A stretch of DNA of 60,275 nt, filler included, from Sphacelaria rigidula (lineage: Eukaryota), in NCBI GenBank assembly GCA_964200075.2. It is 7 parts of 7 records of this genome, joined end to end, with 100 filler letters (N's around TTAATTAATTAA, not from the genome) between each part and the next. Parts side by side here need not be neighbours in the genome. Positions count along the whole stretch, not along the records: positions 25,880 to 34,403 come from CAXNAA020010885.1; positions 34,504 to 43,027 come from CAXNAA020010886.1; 5 more parts are not named here. One strand, given 5' to 3'. The notes below the pieces were generated by a model. It searched no databases, was not told the DNA's origin, and saw nothing but the letters and a program-made list of their open reading frames with translations. How positions within the stretch are numbered: position 1 is the first letter of the stretch; each line of letters begins with the position of its first letter. Shown here piece after piece: positions 25,880-35,496 of the stretch. The translations under genes were made by a program, and so were the position numbers.

Positions 25880-28800
25880 AGTTCGCAAGTTGGGTTGCCC
25901 ACTTGAGCCTCAATTCAGAGTTAAACCTCAATTCTCACAATTTGCTGTTAACGGCAGAAAGTCTCCATCTCGTACGAGACATCTTGTGATCCCTGCCATG
26001 ATTTGGCCGTCTCTCTCTGACACACCGAATTGTTGAGGGGTATTGGTGGCGGCGTACTCGATCTTGATTCCAGAGTCCTTGCATTAGGTGCGGAACTCCT
26101 TCCCGGGATTCTCTCCTTCTTTGTCGCATCGGATAATTTCAATGCGGTAGCCCCCGGCAGCCGCCACTTGCATGTTGTAGGCGTGAAGGGCTTCCATTGT
26201 CTCGGTCTTGTGGCGGAGCAGGAATACCTCCTTCATTCTTGAGTAACCATCGGTGATCTTGCACACAAAGAAGAATGTGCCTCCTTTCGACCTCGCAGGT
26301 GGCTGGATCGGCCCCATGTTGTCGATGTATACCATCTGTCCTGGTCGAGACAGCTCGCGAGTGGTCTTCTTCGGATGAGAAGTTTGCTTGTGCTTGGCGA
26401 TCTCGCATATGTCGTAGGGTGATGGTTTGTCCTGGTATTCGACGCCGGTGCCTTTTTGCCGGCGCAAGATGTCCATGCTGCGCTGATTGAAGTGTCCAAG
26501 TCTCCGGTGCCAAATGTCTGCGCTTACCGCGAGAGAATACGCCGCACTGGGTTTGTTGACCGGCGTTCTGGTCTCGGGTCTTCCAAAGGCGCTCGGTCCG
26601 GCCTCCTTCCTCGGTGGCTTGGAGGGGGGGCATGACTACCACGCGTAGCTCCGTGTGTAGCCGGTTGACCATGACCATGCGACAATGGAGTCGAGGGTTC
26701 GATTCTCCGTCGGTGGCTTGGAGACGGATGTCGCAGGTGTGATGTTTTCCTCGAAGCCGACGTCCGGTATGCACATCCCTTGGTCTCGCGGATCCTGTGT
26801 GAGAGGTACGACTACGCCATGCATTGTGAGGTGTGGAGTGTCCTCTTCGACGACGAATCTAAGCCCCTTCTTCAGAAGCGATGTGGGCGAGAGGATGTTG
26901 GGTCCCAGACCTGGAACGATGAGGCCCTGTATTCGCACTGGCAGTTGATGCCCATTGTCGTCCTTGATTGTGCAGTGTAAGATCTCTGTCGCCGTTCCTT
27001 TCAGTTGATCCTGACCCGCTACTTCGATAATCTTCGGCGTGGAACGCTCCTTGTAATTGTGGATGTGTCTCCTCGAGATGAGTCTGTCATCGAACATGGT
27101 CTCTGATGCGCCCGAGTCTACCAGAAATGGCGTTCTTGTGGCGCTCGCTATGAAGTTCCATCCTCTATTCGGAGAGCATGTAGCGAACATGAAGCCGCCG
27201 TCGAAGTCGTCCTCTTCGCGGGTGAAGTCAATAGCTGCCTTCTCGTTGCTCGTTTCTTTGCTTGTCGAAAATGATGCGCAGTGAGCGCAGTGCGAGCATG
27301 CCGAGAATGCCTTGCTTGCTTCCTTCGTCTCTTCGGGTCGCTTTGCTCCTTACTTGCAGCATTCTTCGTCCGAGTGAGTCGTGGTGTTGTGGATGGCGCA
27401 CCACTTTGTCGCTCCAGCGGGCTTCGTTTTCTTCTTCCCTTTGGGCTTGAACCTGGGACAGTTCCCCCTGATTTGCCCGGTTTCGATGCAGTCGTGACAG
27501 ACCACTTCAGACACCGCAGTAGTCATTGCAAATCCTCGACCGGTAATTCGACCGTTCGAGCCTTTGCGTGATTGCGCGTCCATAAAAATGTTGCGCAATG
27601 TCAATTGCATTTGTAGCATGTCGCACGTGGGGTCGCGAAACACCACCATCTTGACGGCGTTGTACTCGTCGGAGAAGCCTTGCACGCAGATGTCCTTGAA
27701 TCGACGATCGGAGATAGTTTCCTCCATTTTCTCGATCTGTGGGCGAAGAAGATGTTTCTGGTTGAAGTAGTCGTCCGGGTTCTCACCAATGTTCATAGGG
27801 GAGTTCTCCAGCTCCGACATCTTTGCTCGAATCACCTCATCGGTCACTCTGTCGTAGTTGCTGCAGAGCTCGTTGAAGGCTGCCTGTCAGTCGCCGCTGA
27901 TCCCGCTGTCATCTTCATGTTTGTGTACCGACAAGGCGGCCGGTAGTTCGACGAGTAGAAACAGGATGGCGTAGAGATCTTCGTTCGACCTTGTGTATGT
28001 CTCAACAGCTTCGGTGTCACTTGGATCTAGCTTCCTTTCGTCCTTGAGGAGTGGCAAAATGTCCCTCCGTGTTACTCCCAAGACAACGCACAGCTTCTTC
28101 ATCCAGTTCTTGAATTCAGCCGGATCCTTTCCGTCGAACTTCTCGAGCCCTCTGATAACGTTGCTCAGGTTGGTGGAGCTATCGGCTCCGACAGCTATGC
28201 CGCCTCCGGAATTTCTTGAAGCCTCAGTCATTGTTCGCTTCCAGCAAAGACTTCGCGATCCTCGTCTCCTGTTTTGCTGTGTAGATCTAACTCTTGCTGC
28301 AGGAGTGTGATTGCTCGCGGTAAAGTATGTACCCGAGGCTTCCCGACCCCGCTCCTGCTAGTGATATAGAGGACTCCGGTTGTAGGTCGTCTTCCCGATC
28401 CCGCTCCCGCTAACGATGTAGAGGACTCCGGTTGTTGATCGTCTTTTCCCGACCCCGCTCCTGCTAACGATGTAGAGGACTTCGGTTGTTGATCGTCTTT
28501 TCCACTGCTGTGTAGATACACCAGTAGTCGTGTTTCCTTCTGCCGCAGAAGAACTTGCTCGAAGTGTAAGAAACTCGAGGCCTTCCCACGCGACGCAAAC
28601 TTGCTGATGGCTCACCGCAGCTGCACCCAGTACTGCCGCAGTAGTGATGTGTGTATACCAAAGGTGAATTCTCAGCACCCTGGTGTAGATGACCAAATTT
28701 GCGCGCTTACTTTTGTTGCCGTTGACCGCTGACGGCGCCGCAATCTCCGAAGATCTTCGAGACCAAAGTTTTTTCGTGTCCACGGACCAATCTTGATATG

Positions 28801-29168
28801 CAGCGAGAAGGCTTGTCTTCACCTCCCCGTGATGTCCGCAGCTCGTGATGTACGCGGTTAAGCGAGGCTCATAACCTGAGAGTGTAAAGCGTCCTGCAGC
28901 TGCAGCGGTGCCTTGCTGCGTGTGCTTTGTAGACTGAGTAGCCTACCGCGGAGGATTACGCTCGGGCCACGGTTTGATCCGTCAGAGAATTTGACTGAAG
29001 GAATATTGATGTTTATTATTGACTGACTCCCGAAGTCAAGTTTTCGCTGATGGTGATAAAAGAAGAGAAGTAGTAGAGGAGTGGGCGAGCACCAAGTGTG
29101 GGAGCCTATCGATCAGCTAATGAACGTCCAGAACTTCCACACGTCTAGAATACTCGCGGGATATTACA
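25880..29168 (-). mobile_element. Ty1/Copia LTR retrotransposon (5' LTR, PBS, gag, protease, integrase), decayed and cut by the contig start
   Basis: Read on the minus strand: LTR ~29168 to 28877, ending CA and followed by PBS GGTTATGAGCC (28876-28866). Gag 28231-27350 (LEKFDGKD..FKNW, zinc-knuckle remnants). Protease FLVDSGAS at ~27120. WHRRLGH and integrase (VYIDNMGP, ITDGYSR, IRCDKEGE) at 26520-25900. Several frameshifts. Confidence 0.92.
28340..28505. repeat. Three imperfect ~55-bp tandem repeats in the Copia 5' leader
   Basis: Unit CCCGACCCCGCTCCTGCTAACGATGTAGAGGACTCCGGTTGTTGATCGTCTTTT repeated with variants. Confidence 0.85.
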
Positions 29169-30102
29169 ACCGATAACGATGCTTCGGGGATTCGACCCTC
29201 GTAGTCTAAGATCAAAGCAATCGCTCAGTTGAGGGAACCATAGAAGGTAGAGGAGCTAAGATCGTTTCTGGGTATGCCTGGATATCTTAGGCGGTACATA
29301 AAGGTATACAGTAACATGGCGGCGCCACTCACAGGCTTGCTGAGAGACAAGCGATCGCCACCAAGCGGGCGAGGGGGGTGGCAATTCCGTAGGGGCCTCA
29401 GCAGCGACAAGCATTCGTGAACTTGAAGGATGCGCTGATGACGTATCCGATCTTGGTATACCCGGATTGGAATGAGCGATTCGTTCTACACTCCGACGCC
29501 TCGCAGTACGCGGCGGGGGCCGCCCTGGCCCAGGAAGCAGATGAGCGGGAATGGATCATTGAGTATGCTAGTCATAGATGGTCTCGAACGGACGAAGAGA
29601 GGTCGGCGTCAGAGAGAGAGAAGTCGTGGCTGTTTTGTGGTCAGTAGAGCGGTTTAGATCGTATCTATGGGGGCGGGAGTCCACGCTTGTCACGGATTGT
29701 AATGCGTTGACGTGGCTATTTCGCAGTCAACACTTGTCACCTAAGTTCCACCGGTGGGTGCTGAGGTTGATAGAGTATGATATGGTTCTCAAGTGGAGAG
29801 CTGGGCACGAACACCAGCTGCCGGACGCCTTGTCCCGGCTGCAAGGAAACCAACCCCGGGGAACCGCCATTGACGCGTCATTCCCTGACGACAAGACAGA
29901 AGCCGGACCCGGCAGAGAGGGAGGACCGCAAGGACCTAAACTGGACGGGATGCTGCTGAAGGAACTGGAGACCGAGTACCCGGAAGAGACCGCAGACGTC
30001 ATGGCGTTAGCGTTGGAAAAAGTCAGCGCACTGTATACTCCGCAAACCGAAGACGAATCCACCAATGACGCCGAGCGCCCCATGCCAGGACCGATGAAGT
30101 GA

Positions 30103-31010
30103 CGACCCCTCGCTTTGGTTGTCCATTGCGGAGGCGGAGGGAGTATTCTGGCCGCTGAAGAGTTCTTGGAGGTGGTGGCAGCCACCGATGCAGACTGGAA
30201 AGCGTTGGACTGCGTTAGAGTAGACGAAGTTGGAAAGGAAGTCAAGCTGGTACGTACAAGTTCAGGGCGCCGCTCCTTCCACAATTTGGTGGAAGAGGTG
30301 CAACCAGAAGTAATGGTAGGAGATACGAGTAGAGTTACTTCCACTGAGCGAGGTGCGGCGGAGCCGGAATACGCCGACGCTATCAAAGAGTTGGTCGAGT
30401 CTTTCCTTTCCTCAGTCTCGGTGACAACTCTGATCTTGGGGAGTACCGCTGTAATGCTGAGCTCTTCGGGTTGGAAGGAGCACGTCGCTCCGTTGTTGAA
30501 CGGAGCTGGTAGCTTCACCGAGCAAGCTTCAGTCCCCGCCGTGCAGGTGGGAGCCCCGTATCGAAAGAAACGGACCTATGTGATCGCTTTGAAGGCTGGT
30601 CATCAGGGACAGGGGCCGTTGCGAGCGTGGAAGCAGCGAGTGGAAGCGCACACCGTGGCTTGCCCCACGTTGGGTTAGCTGTATGGGCGGACCGGCACCT
30701 ACTTCCTGGAGCCGACGGGACAGGGCAAGGCTATTCACGATTTCAAGGATCCGATGCCCAGGTTATCGCGTTCCCGGCTGACGAAGAGTAAAGTCAGGCG
30801 TGAGGAATTCAAATCCCACAAGGCGGACGCGGGGGGATGGGAGAAAGCCGTCGAGCTGGAGAGAGACGATTTCGTAAGAGTCGCGACTAACCTCGACCGC
30901 TACGAGACACCACCCACGGTGAACAACGACGCCATGCTGGAGATCGGGGCTAATTTCTTCCACCCGTGGATGATGAAGGCGGTTTTATCAAGCCTGGAAG
31001 CGGAAGGTTT
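30103..31010 (+). pseudogene. DNA cytosine-5 methyltransferase-like domain embedded in frame in the Gypsy pol
   Basis: Same frame as RNase H, with stops at 30100 and 30676. Motif I/II-like LVVHCGGGGSILAA..VVAATDADWKA, motif VIII-like AVQVGAPYRKKRTYVIA and motif IX/X-like ELERDDFVRV..MLEIGANFFHPWMMKAV occur in canonical order. The PC and ENV catalytic motifs are not recognisable. Confidence 0.75.
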
Positions 31011-32569
31011 GTTGAGCCTGACTCAGATTTGCAGCGAGGATGTAGATTTGAGCGCGATCGCAGCGACGTGGCCTGGTGAGGAAGCAGAGTCATCAGAAAC
31101 TTGGGGAGCCGCTGTAACGCGCTCGTCGGTCCCCGAGGCGGAGACTAAGTCAGACCAAGATCCTGGTGGGGGGGGGAGGCTTCAACTGAGGAGCCACTGG
31201 TACCAGGCAAGGGCAACCCTAGGATCGTTCTCGAGCAGACGAGAGCGATCTTGATGGATGGACCGCGACTCGTCCTACTACAAGAGCGGGATTCCCGGCT
31301 TGGACCCATCAAGGAGAGGTTAAAAGAGGAACATATAGATGAACGGACCAATAAGGAGCAGGATGCGTACGTTCTAGATGAGGATAATCTTCTATGGTAT
31401 ACCTCACCTAGGGCGCCGGCTAAGCTAGCTATTCCCCGCAGTCTAGTGCCAGGCTTGGTGGCATTGGTGCACACTACGCACGGGCACGCCGGAGTAATGA
31501 GGACAACAGCAGTGATCAACGCACGTTACGAATGGCCAGGTCTTTTCACCGATACTCGCAGATACGTGCTGTCTTGTGGGTGTCGCCGTCGCAAGCGCAC
31601 TAACAGTCACACAATAGCGACGCGACCTGCCCGATTCTTGCGGGCATGGGAGGTGCTAGAAATGGACATATCAGACATGAAGAAGGTTTCCATTTCGGGT
31701 TATAGGTACTTGTTGGTTGTTGTGGATCGAGCGACCAAGTTTCTCTTTGCCTTTCCGCTGGCTGCCAAGACCACTGAACCCGTAGCCAAATGTCTGTCGA
31801 ACCTCTTCTTGACGTTCGGAGTCCCTATTTCCTTAGAAGTGACCCCGGGGGGGAGTTCACTTCAGAGGTGGTAGGCCATGTGTGCCAGTGGATGAAGGTG
31901 AAGCTGGATCATGGTCCAGCAGAGCACCCTCGCGGTCAGGGCGCAGTGGAAAGGTACGGTGAACGGTTGCACGACGTTTTCGCCGAGGTATGTAAGCAGT
32001 GGCCGGACAGGTGGGATGAGCACGTGGATCCCCCTGTATGGATTCACCGTACCACTCCCGAACCAACATTGCCTGATAACCCGACACCATTCAAGCTGCT
32101 TTTTGGGCGCGAGCCGCGCACCCAAATCGATGCTGTGTCACCGGAAGCGGGGTCTCCACCTTTGAGTAACACGATGGAACAACAGCGACATAATCTAAAG
32201 GAGGTTCACGAGCTATTAACCTAGCGCCATAAGCGAAGGGAGGAGGTAAGACCAGCTATAAATGCCGAGATGACTCGCCAGTCGGCAGGATCGCGAGCTC
32301 AGGTAGGGGATTTGATGTTGGCCAAGGAGTCGGACAACTCCCCTCTAAACAAAGGTGTGCCGGCCAAACTGGTACACGAGTTGTAGACTGAACCGTGGAC
32401 GGTGCGACAGGTGGTGATACCAGGTCTCAGCCTCAAGGTCAACATGCTAGGGCGTAAAGTACGAGAAGAGACGGTGTCCGCGGCCAACGTGAAGATATTT
32501 TATGTGCGCCCAGAACAGCTGCGGCATTCATTTCCAGACAAGTACTCTCAGTGAGCTTGAGGAGTCGAC

Positions 32570-33067
32570 TTGGGGTTGGCTGAGGACATTGCGTCCGTCC
32601 CACAACTGCATACGTTGACGGACAGGAAAGTGGTACTAGGCTCAGGGGCGTCGTGGGAATGGGAAAATCGGGGGTTATTTCACGATGGGGCCGAGTCGTA
32701 CTGGCTGTCAGAGGAGGAAGTTTTGGATAGTTTCACTGCGTTGCAGTTAGACGTGTTTCATGCGTTGTGGGAGCTATATCACCCACAGACCAAACCGCGC
32801 CCATCTGTCACACCATCTCGAGCAGAAAGAGACTCGATTGCTCGGGATGAAGCGTTGCGGCAGATTATCCGAGGGACCAAACTCTGTAAACACTTTTCAA
32901 ACCACCAAGGTGAGCGACAGGAATTCGAAGGGGTGGTTTTCGATTTCCGTCAACCATATTACCGCATCAAGTATGACGATGGAGATTGGGTAGAGATGAC
33001 ACAACTACAGGTGCGAAAATGCTCGGTTGATGGAGGAGATACCAGAACAGTGCCTGGGTCAAGATAA
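32570..33067 (+). pseudogene. C-terminal pol extension with a chromodomain-like segment and a Tudor-like domain
   Basis: In frame with integrase across stop codons. TLTDRKVV..WEWENRGLFHDGAESYWLSEEEVL is chromo-like. GTKLCKHF..FEGVVFDFRQPYYRIKYDDGDWVEMT fits the Tudor YxDGDxE signature. Confidence 0.65.
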
Positions 33068-33859
33068 ACGTAGAGGGAGACCTCTTCTGCACGGTGTTTA
33101 AATTCCCTACGTGGTCTAACCCGGCAGAGCGGTCAACAAAGCGGGAAACTCTTCCGGACGGGATGGAATCGTTTTGCACGATGTTTAAATTCCCTACGTG
33201 GTCTAACTCGGCAGAACGGTTACCAAGATCGACGGCTACACGAAACCAACGTCAAGTACTCGAGGACGAGGAACCTGGTAACGCGGCGATCCATCGTCGA
33301 ACCCCGCTCAGTCCCAGGGTTTGTCAACCCTAGGTCTGAGAGGGGGTGTTATGGATCGCGGTATGCATGGAGGAAGGGCAGTACAATGATGGGCCCGTTT
33401 TTTTGGTGGAAATGTCCCGGAGGACTGACTGCGAGATCTGGCAATGTGCCGCAGTCAGAGGTGAGGATGTTGGAGCCCGTTGCAGACGGTTACATAAACA
33501 TGCTTCGTTACATCCGACTTGAACTCGATTCTTCAGCATCGATGATGGTCGGCACCCTGGTTTTTCAATCGTTTTTGGAACGAGCTCAAAACCACCATTG
33601 AAAAAGAGGAACTGAATCGGTCCTGAAGCTGTGATCAAGATAACCTGACGTTCAACGTTGCTCTGTTCTGCGTTGGACTTTCCACTCGTGCGGTGCGTTT
33701 ACTGGTTGGTCAGCGGATACACGGTGAGTGAGTAAGGATAAAATCATTATGAGGGGTGGATCTAGATGATGTAAGTCGACACAATAATAGAATATGCGAA
33801 TGAGTGAACAAACAGTATGATGTGCAACCTGGAGACCTTATGCCCAGGGGGGGCGATTA

Positions 33860-34361
33860 TGTTGTGAAATGAGGAATGATGTCTGAGCGTGTATAGAAAA
33901 ACGAAGATTCGGTGCTGGTGTGACTGACTTCATTCAGGGAATCGTTGGTTGCACGGGAGAAACACGCAACGTTGACCACAATCCTGCACAACCCATTATG
34001 TTTGAAACATAGATGCGTGCATGTGATGCCCATCTAGTCAAGTCGACCTGCGTCGTGTCAAGTCAGTGCATCAAAACAGCATTATCCGCTGCATACGATT
34101 CAGGCTGACTTTAGAAGAAGACCAGAGACACGTCTGGGAAGCAGTCTCGGAGATGGCGTAGATGCTTCTTGTATTATCGGAGAACAGGCTTGTCGCTGCT
34201 GCGCTGCTTGAAATAGGCTCTTAAAAGACACCCAAAGCGTGAGGGCCAACAGTCGGATACCAAGCATAGCAGGGTATGACACACGAAGCCTAGTCAGCTG
34301 GATAATGACCAATAAACCCGGAACAGTTATACGGGTGGCCACTGGGGTGCCTGCAACCTCA
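33860..34361 (+). repeat. Putative 3' LTR of the Gypsy element
   Basis: Starts with TG immediately after the polypurine tract at 33846-33856. The right end is approximate (..GCAACCTCA), and no partner LTR is present in the window. Confidence 0.6.
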
Positions 34362-35496
34362 AATTTGGACGTTACAGACCTTGTGCAAGGTCTGTAACGT
34401 CCANNNNNNNNNNNNNNNNNNNNNNNNNNNNNNNNNNNNNNNNNNNNTTAATTAATTAANNNNNNNNNNNNNNNNNNNNNNNNNNNNNNNNNNNNNNNNN
34501 NNNCAGCTTTGTAGGGGTGCGAGGTCACTGGTCTGATGCGTATGGCATCATGACCAGGAGTCCCCCCCCCCCCCCCCCCCCCTCCTTTCTTTAAAAAAAA
34601 TAACCCTTCAAAGACAGGGAAAAAAGCCCAGAAAACCAGAGAAAAACAGGTTGTTTGGCCATTTCCCGAGTATAGATGAAAATATCGATACAGACGTTTC
34701 TTCGTCGAGTGAGCAAAAAAACGTATCGAACTTTGAACTTTTTGTTCCGTTCGATTTCCAACGCTGCTGCTAAATGGTACATGATGGTTCGGTCATCAAG
34801 CGGCGAAGCCACGAGCCAAAAAGCCCCCCCCCACAAGGCAGAGGGGACCCCGCCGGAGGCGCCGCCGGAGGGGCCCACTGGAGGAGCTGTGCGGGAGGCA
34901 TGTTTATACACGATTTGGCTTCAGTAGAGCAAAAAAATACGTGTGTGTGCTGTATGTACCATACGCAGCCGGGAACGACCTATCTATAGAGCCGGTGACG
35001 GTAAATATTGGTTTGAGAACATTATCCAAAATTTTGATGCAACAATCACCATTATAACCATTATGATGATACTGACCAGTTATAACTGGCACCGTTTCCG
35101 AGCTCCATCTATTGCAATTATTGTTGTAATGGTCCTATAATTTATTCAGCACATTTTTTGTCTAATAATGCATCTGTTGACCATATAATATTTTGTCCAA
35201 GGTGCGGATTGATTTAATGCACCTGGCGTTGCATAACACCTGGCTGGTTTACAAGTTTTTTACGTTCACCGCGGGGGAAAACCCTATATTCCCGAGAATT
35301 AGCACAGAAAAGTAACTCTATAAAAACTTTGAAGAAAAACGTTTTGGTAGAAGAGCCTGAAGTGTAGCTTCTGTACCTTCCGAGAAATAACGAGTTGGGA
35401 AAAACTTGTCACCCCCTCAGGGGGTGTTATTCCCCATCACCTACGGTACTACCGCATCGAGCATCCAGCAACAATTGAACACCTGTTGACTACAAG

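Larger units (their letters stand above)
29175..34361 (+). mobile_element. Ty3/Gypsy LTR retrotransposon, 3' half (RT end, RNase H, DNMT-like domain, integrase, chromo/Tudor-like tail, PPT, 3' LTR), decayed
   Basis: RT thumb GIRPS..KIKAI..ELRSFLG..YLRRYI at 29180-29350. RNase H FVLHSDASQYAAGAALAQ..YAS..VTDCNAL..RWVLRL..DALSRL at 29480-29840. Integrase HTTHGH..CGC, LEMD, VVVDRATKF, RSDPGGEF, GAVERY at 31440-32220. Purine tract AGGGGGGGCG is followed by TGTTGTG at 33860. The RT-RNaseH-INT order is Gypsy. Confidence 0.93.

Noticed and set aside
29727-30518. 263-aa antisense ORF over the Gypsy pol
   Set aside because: It is a shadow frame of the sense coding sequence and has no independent motifs.
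34366-34403. Perfect 18-bp hairpin TGGACGTTACAGACCTTG-TG-CAAGGTCTGTAACGTCCA
   Set aside because: It sits exactly at a contig end, so an assembly fold-back artefact is likely. It cannot be called a terminator or hairpin telomere.
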